A stretch of 59,843 nt of DNA, filler included, from Basidioascus undulatus (Eukaryota), in assembly GCA_000826855.1 (NCBI GenBank). It is 7 parts of 7 records of this genome, joined end to end, with 100 filler letters (N's around TTAATTAATTAA, not from the genome) between each part and the next. Parts side by side here need not be neighbours in the genome. Positions count along the whole stretch, not along the records: positions 37,594 to 43,086 come from JTLS01001923.1; positions 43,187 to 48,675 come from JTLS01001924.1; positions 48,776 to 54,259 come from JTLS01001925.1; 4 more parts are not named here. One strand, 5' to 3'. Below, piece by piece: positions 38,295 to 49,997 of this stretch. The position numbers were made by a program, and so were the translations under genes. Every line of letters begins with the position of its first letter. The first letter of the stretch is position 1. Below the pieces are notes generated by a model. That model was not told the DNA's origin. It ran no database searches and saw only the letters and a program-made list of their open reading frames with translations.

Positions 38295-39160
38295 CACGCC
38301 GAAGACGACTATCCAGGACTCCATGACCAGCAGCGTGCCACGGAAGCGCGGCGGAGGGATCTGCCGCAATGTGAAACTGTCAAAGACCGTGTGTGCTACA
38401 GACATTACGGAAAGTTCAAACTCACCTCGGAAATCTAAAGCGGGGTAACAACAGACAGCGTGCGAACTCCGACGCCGCCAATGAAGCGGCCGACGACAAG
38501 AGTGGCAAAGTGAAAAGAGCCGGTCTGGGTAGCGCGGCCGACCAAGAACCAGGCGACAGCAAGCAGAAGCGTCCAGCGTCGGCTGATCTTGTCAGCAGCG
38601 AAAGCGCTTTGCACCGCGCCGCAGAGCGCACCAGCTCAAGCATGGCGGCCATAAGACTTTAAGTGGAAGGGTCATCAGTCATGGCACGGCACGCTTGACG
38701 GGCATTGCAGAGAAGACCTAACCCTTATAAAAGTCGGCAGAGCCGCTCACAGATTTTTCGACTTGGGTGAAACGCCGAGGAACTGTTGCATGACTAACAC
38801 AATTTGTCACCAATCCTTGGTTTAAAGTGGGACTCAGAGTATTCAGCACAAACATAGTCAGCCACAAAAAACGCGAAAAATAGACGCTAACCCGAATGAG
38901 AATCCGCCAATTGCAAGGCTGGCTGCACACAGCACAATGTAGCGGGACTGCAACAGCGCGCCAACCGCTAATCCCCAATTCAACAACAGATTCAATAATC
39001 ATGCGTGGAATCTTACCATCCATTCCAACTCACATGCTTTGTCATAGCTCCGCGTGAGCAGCTCCGGGTTCAAGACAAGCTCTTCGACGCCCTCTGCCCA
39101 GATGGTTGACGTCTCCAGCTCGACCAACGGTGCACCCTGGCGCTTCTCAGCCGTGATGCC
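38295..39160 (-). pseudogene. MFS sugar-porter pseudogene (N-terminal half)
   Basis: Exons read SRYIVLCAASLAIGGFSFG; NQGLV..FYKG; LMAAMLEL/GALCGAVQSAFAADKISRRW...VVGRFIGGVGV..VTPL*ISE; IPPPRFRGTLLVMESWIVVFGV. There is a frameshift near 38632 and an in-frame TAG at 38435-38437. Confidence 0.88.
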
Positions 39161-40175
39161 TACGGGAGCAAAAAATTGCCGCTGTGAATGAGCGGAATGC
39201 AGGCTGAGGGATGCTGAGGGATTACATGTGATGAGGAAGACAGTGAAATAACGAGACTAGAGACTGTGCGATTGAAGCGGAAGATGCTGGAGTCCCACAC
39301 TTGCGGGCTCGTGTATACGAATTTTATTGAGAAAAAGCAAGCAAGTGCCACACGAGGACCGGCCCCGTTTGTCGGGAAGTTGAAAGCCCTAAGAGACGAA
39401 GCTGTCAAAACGGAGTCAGGTGAACTCTTGTCACAGGCACGAACAAGCTCAGATGAGTGCATCAAGCAGTAATACGCTGCTCTGTCAATTGACCCGCTCG
39501 CCCTCTCTGTGTCAAACAAGCCTGGGGCCACGACACGCTGGTTTCGCCGAGGTAACATCGGGCGTGATTGCAGCGTGAAGCTCAGCCACCCAGAGGAAGG
39601 CGAGCCTCGCTCCGGGGCTCGATTGATTCTACGCCTGCTCCTGGCGGAGGATAGTTGCTCTTCCATACCAACGCCGGCATAGCTTACGGCGTTTTCCACA
39701 AGCTCCGCATGATGTTTGATACACGCCGCCGAATTGTTCAGCTTAATGTCTTCATCAACGAGCATGCGAAATACAGTACAACCCGGCACACGAGCAGCTC
39801 AGTCAAGCTATGCATTTCGCCTACGGAAAGGCCGATCCTGTAAGGTCAGCACATTGGACTTCGAATCGAACACCTTCCAACCATTTGAGTAACACACAAT
39901 TATAGTCCACGTATTCAAGTCGTGGCCCAGGCTGCATTCCGAGGCCCCGAAAGCCGGCTGTGACGCGAGCGCGGCGCGAGCCATCCGCGGCGCGAGCCAT
40001 CTGCGAATACCGGCTCCGACATCGGACTTGGTACTCGGTCCGCGTATTGTAAAAGGTCGTATGCGCTAGAGACCTGCCGATGAGGTATAACAACGGGCGG
40101 CTGTGAGTGCTGCTCTGATCTTCAACATCCATTCACCTGTTCTCCACCTCTTACCGCACCCGCGACTCAGCCATC

Positions 40176-42818
40176 ATGTACGTCAGCACCGAGATCGTTG
40201 CCGACATGGGCGGCTCCTACGTCGAGCGCAGCGACATAAAGCCTATGGTCGTTCCCAACTACAAGGGCCCCATCGCCAAGGCTACGTTGCCTGTACACGG
40301 CAAGGATGTTCTTCCCATTCAACCTCAGGCCGACGTTCGTGCCGAGGCCATCGCCTGGCTTAGCGACTTTAGCAATGCCATTGCCGCGGGTCCCGACTCG
40401 TTTGCGAAGGCCTTCTTGCCTGACGGTGCGCAGCGTTCGCAGCTCTCCCTAAATAATCTGTATCTCTACTGAACTGCATTTACACTCGTCTTCAGGCTGG
40501 TGGCGCGATAAGGTCGCTTTCACTTGGGACTACCGCACTTTCCACGGGCAGGAGCGTATTGTGGAAGCGGCGGCAGTGAGTGAATGAAGCCTTCACTGCC
40601 TTGTCAGCATTTGAACGCGACTGACATCCCTTTCACAACGTCTCTTTAGGCTATTTTCGATGACACCAAGCCTTCTGACTTTGCGCTCCTTCCCGGCACC
40701 GAGCCGACCCTCGAAACCCCGTACCCCGACCTCTCCTACATTCAGCTTCAATTCTCTTTCAAGACGTCCAAGATCCTGGGCAGCGGTGTTGTCAACCTCG
40801 TCTGCACGCCGTCTGGCTACAGGGCATGGACGGTCTCGACTTTTATCGAGAGCCTCATCGATTTTCCGGAGGTCACTCGCGCCGATGGCCACATGACCGG
40901 CTCCCTGTCTTGGGCGGAGCAGCGGGAGAAGCAGCGAAGCTTTGAGGAGGAGGATCCCGCCGTTGTCATCAGTGTGTCCCAAGCGTCTTTGTCTACGGGT
41001 TTGCTGCCGAAGCTGATCCCAGATACGGTTGACTTCCAGTTGGTGCCGGTCACAACGGTCTTGTTTTGGCTGCCCGCCTGCAGGCGCTCGGCGTGAAGGT
41101 TCTTGTCGTTGAGCGCAACGAGCGTGTTGGCGACAATTGGCGCAAGCGCTACGAGGCGCTCTCTCTTCACTTCCCTGTCTGGCAAGGTGCGACGATTGCT
41201 GTCTTTCTTTCTATACAATAAAAGATCTATTCACCTCGCTTTTGCACGCCTTGCAGACCACCTTCCCTACATTCCCTTCCCAAAGAACTGGCCGACCTAC
41301 ACCCCAGCTGCGGTAAGCTCGCTGTCAATGGCTTTTTGAAATTGTGTGTTGATGGTCACTTTAAGCGCAGAAACTCGGGAACTGGTTGGAGAGCTACGTT
41401 GACGCACTCGACCTCAACGTTTGGCTGTCGTCGTGTATCGTCGGCTCCTCGTACGACAAAGAGAAGAAGACCTGGAACGTTAAGATCCACCGTGGCAGCC
41501 ATGGCGAGCGTACTGTCCGTGCTCACCACCTTGTGAGCCTTCTTCCTTTTCTCACTGCCAAGTATTTGCCGATCTAAAGTCGTGCTTCATTTTTCGTCAT
41601 CTAGGTCATCGCCACCGGTCTTGCTGGTGTTCCCAACATCCCCGAAATTCCCGGCCGCGACAACTTCAAGGGTGTCGTCCGCCACTCTAGCCAGCATGAC
41701 TCGTCAAAGCCATGGGTTGGCAAGAAGGTGCTTGTGGTCGGCACGAGCTCGTCCGGCTTCGACACCGCATTTGATTTCTCGCGCCGCGGCATCGACGTGA
41801 CGATGCTGCAGCGCTCCCCGACGTACATCATGAGCCTGACCAACAGTGTTCCGCTGATCTTGGGTTGTCCGTCTGCGTTTCTCCTTTCCCATATTCCACA
41901 TAATTTCATCGCTGAGACCTCTGCTCTGTTACAGCTCTATACTGCGAGAACGGCCCGCCCCTTGAGCTCGCCGACCGTCTTGCCCATCACATGCCCATTG
42001 CCTGCGGAGAGCGTGAGTGTTCACTTTAATGACGTAGCCATGCGCCCTTCCGAGTATTCATTCTGTTTTTCACGCAGTCCTCGCCCAGCGCATGACTGAG
42101 CAGCTTGCCGAGCTCGACAAGGACCTGATTGACGCGATGGAGGCGAAAGGCTTCCGCACGTACCTTGGGGAGAACGACACCGGCACCGTCACCCGTATGT
42201 CTCATCTTCATTCTCTTTCCCACTTGAGGCAGGTCCATTGATTTCGGCGCTACCTCTTAATAGTCGGTCTGACCCGCAACGGCGGTTTTTACTACGACGC
42301 CGGCGGCTGCCAAGCCATCATTGACGGCAAGATCAAGGTTGAGCAGGGGTCCATCAAGGAGTTTACCGATGACGGGGTTGTCCTTTCGACCGGGAAGGAG
42401 CTGTCTTACGATCTCGTCGTGGTGAGTTCAAGCGCCTATTCTGCAGTAGCTGTCAATGCAATACTGATGCGTTTCCCATCGCCACTAGCTTGCGACTGGC
42501 TACACCAACGTCCGCGACTCAATCCGCGCAAACCTTAGCGAGGACGTAGCGAAACGCTGTAAAGACATCTGGGGCGTTGACAACGAGGGCGAGATCAACG
42601 GTGCCTGGCGCAACATGGGCGTGGATGGCTTGTGGGTGCAAGTCGGTGAGTGCGAACTCCTTGATTCCGCACTTCAGGAGCGGAGTAGCATTAACACATC
42701 TGTTTTCCGTCCACTTCATGCAGGCACGCTTGGTCATGCGCGCTTCCACTCGAAGATCGTCGCCAACCAGATCAAGGCTATGGAGGAGGGTGTTGCGGGG
42801 AAGCGTTACGAAGATTGA
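40176..42818 (+). CDS. Flavin-containing monooxygenase (FMO/YUCCA-like, type II FMO with N-terminal extension), multi-exon
   Basis: N-terminal GWWRDKVAFTWDYRTFHG. FAD motif VVIIGAGHNGL, then RVGDNWRKRYEALSLH, FMO fingerprint FKGVVRHSSQH, NADPH motif VLVVGTSSSGFD, MLQRSPTYIMS, GGFYYDAG, VVLATGY and ARFHSKIVANQIKA. Confidence 0.92.
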
Positions 42819-42940
42819 TCGAAGTGCTTGGCAATATCGAAGCGTATTTCTTTTCTATTCTTTTCCATTCTATTCTTTTTTATGTAAAAAAACCCCCGTT
42901 GTTTTGGTGTTCTCAGAAGTAACTTTTTGTCTTGTTTCCG

Positions 42941-43086
42941 TTAGGGTTAGGTTAGGTTAGTTAGTTATTGGTTTGGGTTAGGTTGGGTTAGGTTAGGTTA
43001 GGTTAGGTTAGGTTAGGTTAGGTTGGGTTAGGTTAGGTTAGGTTGGGTTAGGTTGGGTTAGGTTAGGTTAGGTTGGGTTAGGTTGG
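42941..43086 (+). repeat. Telomere-like TTAGG/TTGGG array at contig end
   Basis: About 145 bp of GGTTA units mixed with GGTTG, with the G-rich strand running toward the contig end. Confidence 0.8.
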
Positions 43087-43186
43087 NNNNNNNNNNNNNN
43101 NNNNNNNNNNNNNNNNNNNNNNNNNNNNNNTTAATTAATTAANNNNNNNNNNNNNNNNNNNNNNNNNNNNNNNNNNNNNNNNNNNN
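43087..43186. other. Artificial contig spacer
   Basis: 44N-TTAATTAATTAA-44N. Confidence 0.98.
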
Positions 43187-44714
43187 CGATTCAACGCGGA
43201 AAGTACAGGTCCGGCGTCGTCTAGCGGCATGTCGAGTTCCAGACTAAGCCTAGTCAGGCTACCGCCGCAGCTTCGACTGAGTGTATCCGGCAGCTCGAAG
43301 CCCACAGAAAGTTCCCACATGTTGTTTTGCGGCCCAGAAATGGTAGTAAACCAAGTCAGGCCGGTGAGAAGCAGCGCTATGGAGAGCAGCGCGGTGCCCT
43401 CCAGCTGATTAGGTGGCCCTAGCTCTGGTACGCTTGCGATCTAGATCGGAAGAGTACGAATGTATCCCTCGAGGGGGAACCACGCTTCTCTGAACAAAGG
43501 AGCCCGTCGTAAAGACGCTCGATCGAGGAAAGGGACTGGAGTGCGATCGTCTCGGCAAGACTGCGCTGAACAAAGGGCTAACGGAGGTGGTCAAAGGACT
43601 GCGTGCCATGCATTAAAGAATTGCTCACGTGAAGTTGTTTATTGTCGAGCCTCCGCTTGCCAAACTGCCCAGCCTTGGTGAGGCTCGTAGGCCGCCGGGA
43701 CTTTGCCACTTTGTCTTCCTCTGTAGCATAGTGGAATGCGCGTGATGACGTATGACTAGTGGAGCACACCACTCTTTCCACCCACGGAAGCAAGGACAGC
43801 CAAGCAAGTTCGCAGTGCCTGGGACCGACCGCTCGCACTCGACTGAAACCTCTAGGAAGGCAAATCATGACAGGGCAAAAGCAATTCTGCCTCAAACAAC
43901 ACATATAGATCACCGATTTCTAGTGGAAAGGCTGCCGAAGATGTCGATGCCCCAAGAGAAACATGCGGTGCGAAGGTTCGAAGATGGTTGTGTCATGAAC
44001 CACCTGAGGCAACAAACCACTGGCAAACGGGACTTACCCTTCTGATGAATGTCGATCAATGAAAGAAGCTTACCATCCCAGTCAGTCAGACGATTTTTAG
44101 GTGGCTACGGTAGCATGAGGATAGAACGGAGAACTGCCGTTTTATTGCTCTAGCAACGTTGCACACGTTGTCAGGCACATGTACTCCCAGGCCATGCAAA
44201 TCAAGGTCGGTCATTTAGCGTCCAGAGTGTCTCGGATGCATTTCTAGTTCACTAAAGTTCTGTGTACCCTCTGTACAGCTACATCGCCGTACATTCCCAA
44301 AACCAGGAGCCCACTTCCGGATTCCTCGAAGACGGACCCTGATAAAGGTCCCCCACCGGGACCCTCACCCCACCCCACCCAACCTTCACATCCCCGTCCT
44401 CCAGCGCCGCAATCTCGCCGCGCATCAAGGCTTTCTGGACGCCCCAGCTCGCTGTCCACCGTCCGCCGAGGAGCGGGGTGTTCGAGACGGACCAGCCATC
44501 TAGGGGGCGGGTGGGGCAAGTGAAGGTCAGGGAGGGGGAGGAGGAAAAGTAAGGTAAATGGGGTTGTTAGTTGGGCTGGCCCGTGAAAGATCGGTAGAGA
44601 TGCGTACGTACAGAGTGAGTTTGATAGAACGGGGGGCCACGAACGCCGGACCCCAATATTCGATCGAGTCCTTCGCGGCAGCCTATCCAGCTATTCCCTT
44701 CAGATCGTTCAGCC

Positions 44715-44972
44715 TCAGCAGTCACCAACCACAGTCCAACGCACCTGCAAATAACACCCACACCCCGCCGCCTTCAATTCCTCTGAGTACCTGCTGCACA
44801 GGTCGGTCCCTTCCTGGAAAGGCGCGGCCAACCGCTTCACCGCGAGGGCCCGGAACTGGCGCAACATGCTCAGGAGCAAAAGGAGCGTGTGTAGTGAAAA
44901 CGCGGAGACGAGGTCGTCGAGGACCTGGTCGTGGATGTGTATGAAGCCGGGGCTCGAGAACAGGAGAGACAT
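44715..44972 (-). CDS. Possible F-box-like hypothetical gene fragment
   Basis: FIHIHDQVLDDLVSAFSLHTLLLLLSMLRQFRALAVKRL resembles an F-box helix pattern. Weak evidence. Confidence 0.25.
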   Translation of the reverse strand: MSLLFSSPGFIHIHDQVLDDLVSAFSLHTLLLLLSMLRQFRALAVKRLAAPFQEGTDLCSRYSEELKAAGCGCYLQVRWTVVGDC

Positions 44973-46167
44973 TGGGAGGTAGAGGGAGGAGATGGGAGGG
45001 GACGTGGGGGGAGATGGTGATGGCGAAAGGGAAGGGACTTGACCGGCTCACGGCGGCGGATGCGTAGTCGAGCCAGTGCGAAACAGCAGGCTCTCCGACG
45101 TTTGACTTCTGGTGCTCCCCAGATGGCCGGACGAAAAAGACATCGAGCCGCCCAATTATATCAAAGCGGTCTCCTTGAAATGGTGACGTTGCAGTTTTGC
45201 ACGTAGCGTCTGAGCCGCGAGCCGTTGGTCGGCCAGCCAGACATACAACACCGAAGCTGTCTGACCGTTTGTAAACATTTAATGGCTCTGAATGGAATTG
45301 CTGAGTTCTAAAGTCCTCCTTAGACTTGCAGGATTTGCAAGCCTGTGAGCGTATAGACAGATACTGTCCCAAACGGGTAGGCAGCTACGGCTGGCGAGCT
45401 TCAAGTAGTTCTTGATGAACAACTGTGGATACATTACCTTTCAATGGTTCCAAACCATCTGCACACCGACAAATAACCTCTGAACCGCTCTGTTTATGCC
45501 AATGGCAGCCTATAGAATCATCCCATCCCATCGACGTGAACTGGGGATGGGAGGGAGATGTTGAGTGGAGGGGCGGAGAGGAAAGGAAAGGTTAGCACAG
45601 AAGCGAATACTGGCCTGTCGAGGTAACTTCAAGCTGGATTATGATTTAAGCTTGATTTATCTTGAGTTAGCCCAAAAAAGAGCTCAAACGGCACTATTAG
45701 GACAATGCGGGGGACTTGAGGTGGTGTCGTTGCAATTGGCAGCGGCGAGTCGCAGGTCGGCCAGCCAAGGGACCGCATCGAGGCCCTATATAACCCCTTG
45801 AAGTATGAAGTGTTCCGAGAACCTTTGAATTCCCAAACGTACCTGCTGTGCTCGACGTGGTGGAAAAGATACGAACAAGGAGCAGCGTCCGGAAACTGAG
45901 GTCTGCAAGCTCGGGTAAACTTGGACATTCTGTTGGTGAGATCCAGCTTGTCTGGGAAAATACTTTCAGTTTCCCTAGAACCTCTCTACATACAAAATAC
46001 ACCTGCACTGTGATGTACATGCGAAGAAAACAGCGCTCAACGACGTTGTAAGCCGAAGCCAGCGAATTTCATTGGCCTCCTGCCGAACTCCCACGCCCCT
46101 GCGCGAGACAGCCGGCTGCTCAGCCTCAACCGTTCACGCCTTCTCCGCTTCGGCCATCATCATCACC

Positions 46168-46836
46168 ATGTCGCTGCGTCTTCTCCCGCTCCGGAAGCTC
46201 GCCGCCGCGCACCAGACGGGTGTGCGCGCGCTGTCGTCTACGTCGGCTGCGCGCGCCGAGCACGCGCACGACGACCACCACCACCATGCGTACGACGACG
46301 GCTCGAACGAGACTTATGCTCCCGCCGGTGTGTCTTCTCGCCTTTCATCCCGAATTATGTGAATCTGGGATGCTGAATTGGTGATTGGGAACCGTGGGAC
46401 TAAACAGACTTCTCCTCCAACTTCTGGAAGTATACCTTCACGCTCTCCGCCCTCGGGCTCGCGGCATGGGCGCTCACGCGCCAGACCTCCGCCCACGCCG
46501 GGCAGGACGAGGACGAGCCGTTCCTGACGCGGTACCTCGCACACAACGCGCCCGACCAGAAGCACTGGGCGGACAACGGCGCGCGCCTGCTCGAGCTCAA
46601 GAAGGCGCTCGCGGAGGACACACTCCTCTTTGCGGACGCGAAGCGGCCGAGGCTGTATGGGATCAAGAACACGGGGTGCGTGCGCAGTGGCGGAGTGAAG
46701 GGGAGGGGGAAGGTGGATGAGGCTGATGCGGTGGGATGCGGGGGATAGTGCGTTTGAGAGCGCCTCGCCCTACAAGATCCCGGTTGGCTCCCAGGCAGAC
46801 ATCTCCAACGTCGAGTTCAAGCCCGACCGGATCTGA
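46168..46836 (+). CDS. Mitochondrial complex I accessory subunit, fungal 17.8 kDa (NDUFB5-like) family; 3 exons
   Basis: Arg/Ser-rich presequence, His-rich linker and single TM (FWKYTFTLSALGLAAWAL). Then EPFLTRYL..KHWADN...EDTLLFADAKRP...SPYKIPVG. Confidence 0.75.
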
Positions 46837-48276
46837 TCGCGTAGGGTGCGGGGGATTGAACGCTCTAGAGAGGGGGAAGAAGAGAGAAAGACGGTGGAAG
46901 GGGAGAGGAAGATGGATTCTATGGTGCTGATGCTGGACGGGACGTCGTGTGGCTGGGGGAACGGCGGCGCGGGGAAGGGGGCACGGTCACTCATCATGTT
47001 TCGTACACTCGATCGCGGACATCGCTCGGTCCTCGTGGACCACTGGGCGTTGCGCGGACTGCTCTCGGTCCTCTTTCGCGTCGAGTCACCCGGGGTGGGA
47101 CGGGCTCGTCCCCCGTCCATCCGTCCTCGCTCGAACTCTTCAAACACGCCCACGCCGTTTCGATTGCTGTCGTACCCGGCGCCGTGCCACTGATCATTCG
47201 CTCTTGCCTACGGGCACAAGCGCACGAGCAACGTTAACTTGGTCGCTGCGTTCGGGTCCTCGCACCACGGCGCGCCGCGCCTCGTTTCAACTCGCTTGCA
47301 CGGCGGTTTCGCGGAGGATGCCCCTGCTCGCCAACACTTGAACAGCATGCGGTCTCCACCCCTAGTACAGCCTGAGCTCAAGTTCTTCCTCAAAGCGCCA
47401 AATTCTACTGAAAAATCTGCTCTGGTGGGAATGGACCTCCTGATACCTGGCATGGCGTGGCGTGGTAATGCTGACTGGAGTGCGAAGTTGCAACAGCTCC
47501 GGAACACCAGTTGTCTTGCGGCTTGGGACGGCAAAAGGGTATACTGTACTCATTACTGTAGGGGAATTACGCTCAGTGGATCGCGGACGCGGTCGCCTTA
47601 GTGCTGTCCATGGGGCAAGCCGGCAAAGCAGAAATTCTTGCGAAAGGACTGGCAGCACATGCACGTCCATGTCTTGTCCCCCTGGTGGAACTACTATGGC
47701 TTTTTCGCTTTTGCGGCCCCCGTCCGCATGCTCCGAAGGCGACGCCAGAATTTCCGCAATCGGTGCAATGATTAATAGTACCTGCTGCGGCGCACAGTTC
47801 AGCCCATTGCTCGGCGCGGTGCTACTGTGGGACATTCAAGTAGCAATTGAAAGTCTCTGAACTCGACAGCAGTAGTGCTTTCACTTCACGCACTCATGAG
47901 GAAAAGACGCGCCTCCCTATGCAGCAAATTGGCACGGCTTTGTCTGTTTCCTTGAAATCCAGTTGGGGACGCGGTCACCGGAGGATCGTCCAGCAATCGC
48001 AGGTGACCACAGTCGAGTATTGCCCAGGAACTGGATGTCACAAACTCCAGCGCTTTTCACTCAGTGTCGGAACGCAAGCGTCTTGGTAGGAAACCGAACA
48101 CTTTCACTTAGCGATGGTAAATTATTGTTTCGCGAAACGCAGTCTTGGCTGACAGCTCCCGGGCCCACAACGTCGTAAGTACATCAACTCGGCCCCGCAT
48201 ACGTCGTGAGATACACGCGGCTGCTTTTGTTCCTTGCCACCATCACGTTCTCTCGACCTGCTCAGCAAAGCCACCT

Positions 48277-48675
48277 ATGCTGCCGCCGCCACCCCTCAAC
48301 CTGGACATCATGGATTCGATAATTGGCGCGGCAGCCGCTGGCGCGCCCGACGCCTTCTCAGCGTCCCCGTACGTCCAGGATTCATCGACGCTTGCCGCTC
48401 TCGCGCTCGTCTCGCGTCAATTCCATTTCTTGGCCTCCCCTCTCCTCTATTCGCGCATTTCGCTATCCATCGAAGCGCAACTGCATGCGCTCTCAACAAC
48501 GGCCACTGCGCGCCCGGATCTCCTCGCGCATGTGCGCGCTCTCGGCCTGCCCCGCGGCATCTCCTCGCGCGTCCTCCCTCCGGGCACCATTTCGTCTTGA
48601 CTCGCACACCGAAACTGGAGCACCTGGACATGGGGTTCATCTGGTCCAACCAAAACTACTTGGGCGACTTGACGC
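48277..48675 (+). CDS. F-box-like/LRR hypothetical protein, frame change near 48590, truncated by gap
   Basis: Segments PPLNLDIMDSII...TLAALALVSRQFHFLASPLLYSRISL...RPDLLAHVRAL...TPKLEHL, a typical basidiomycete F-box-like architecture. Confidence 0.55.
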
Positions 48676-48775
48676 NNNNNNNNNNNNNNNNNNNNNNNNN
48701 NNNNNNNNNNNNNNNNNNNTTAATTAATTAANNNNNNNNNNNNNNNNNNNNNNNNNNNNNNNNNNNNNNNNNNNN
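48676..48775. other. Artificial contig spacer
   Basis: 44N-TTAATTAATTAA-44N. Confidence 0.98.
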
Positions 48776-48853
48776 GGGCAACTTGGTTAGCCGGCTGAGC
48801 GATGGTGCGGTTTTTTTTCTTTCCCCCTTCCCCCTAACAAACCCCTCTCCCAG

Positions 48854-49997
48854 AATGACGATGGCCCGCCCTCCTCGTCCTCCTCGCCTTTCCTCTTCCC
48901 GTGGTATCTCCACCTCACACAGACCCTCGGGTGGGACGTAAAGGTCGTCATCCCCTCCGGGCAGCGTAGCTGGATCGGTGCGTTCCCCGTTACCCTTGCC
49001 CTGTCCTGCCCGCTGACGCTTTGTAAGTGAATAGGTAAGGCGTACATGATCGCCCAGCCGGTTTACGGGAGGTAAGTGCTTATCTTCCCGACTGGGTCTA
49101 TAGACTGACGAGTGCGCATGCCGGAAAAGGTACTACTACCCGCGCCTGCTGGACGGGGCGGGCGAGACGAGCGAGGTGTCGCGCCCGTTGCGCGAGGGCG
49201 AAATAGCCGAGTGGATTCTTCTTGACGGGGTGCGTGTCCTTCTCTCCCCTCCCCTCCCCCCACCTGGTACCTACCAACCCCCATATCCTCCCTTACAGAC
49301 CCCCGCCACCTGCGCCTCCATCGCGCTGCACAACCTCTACCCCTCCCAGATCGACCTAGTCATCTCCGGCCCAAACTACGGGCGGAACACCTCGAGCGCC
49401 TTCGCGCTCTCCTCCGGCACCCTGGGCGCAGCGCTCTCCTCCTCCCTCTCCCTCACGCGCGCTATCGCCCTCTCCTACGGCGTCTTCGCCAAGCCCGTGC
49501 CCGAGGGCGCGCTCGAGGGCGCGCACGACGTCGCGGGGCGCGTCGTCCAGCGTTTGTGGGACCGGTGGGGGCGCGACGAAAAGGGGCTGCGTAGGGGGGA
49601 GGTGGACCTGTACGGGGTGAACGTACCCCTAGTGGAGGGGGTGAAGGACGCAAAGGTCGTCTGGACGGATATGCACCGCTCGTCTTACACGAGGCTCTTC
49701 CAGCCCTTCGCCGCGCCCCCCACATCACCCGCGACCGACGCCCCGCCCACGCCGCTCCCCGCCTCCTCCTCTGCGCTGCACTTCGTCTGGGCCCCCGACA
49801 TCCGCCCGCTCATCGACCCGCACGCGCCCGGCGTGCGCGAGGGTACCGACACGTGGGCGATCAATAAGGGTTGGGTGAGTGTCACGCCTATGCGCGCGGC
49901 GTTTGAGGTCGGCGCGTTTGGGCTGGCGGGCGGGCAGGGGGAGGAGGGGGCGCGGAGCGGACGCGTGTGGGTGGAGGAGGAGTGGGGGTTGTCATGA
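48854..49997 (+). CDS. SurE-like 5'/3'-nucleotidase/acid phosphatase, 5' exon lost at gap
   Basis: Motifs NDDGPP, VKVVIPSGQRSWIGKA, WILLDG|TPATCASIAL, DLVISGPNYGRN, SSGTLGAA, VNVP and GTDTWAINKGWVSVTPM. Confidence 0.92.

Noticed and set aside
37542..38405. 287-aa ORF as a single novel gene
   Set aside because: It is a chance in-frame chimera of intron, sugar-porter exon and element sequence.
42816..42860. Cryptic peroxisomal (PTS1) readthrough extensions at gene ends
   Set aside because: I checked the stops of FMO, nitrilase, HIS5, FKBP12, RPN5 and the complex I subunit. None has the TGA-CTA context or a short SKL-type extension.
46261..46290. His-rich tract as a metal-binding novelty
   Set aside because: His-rich linkers after the presequence are common in complex I accessory subunits.
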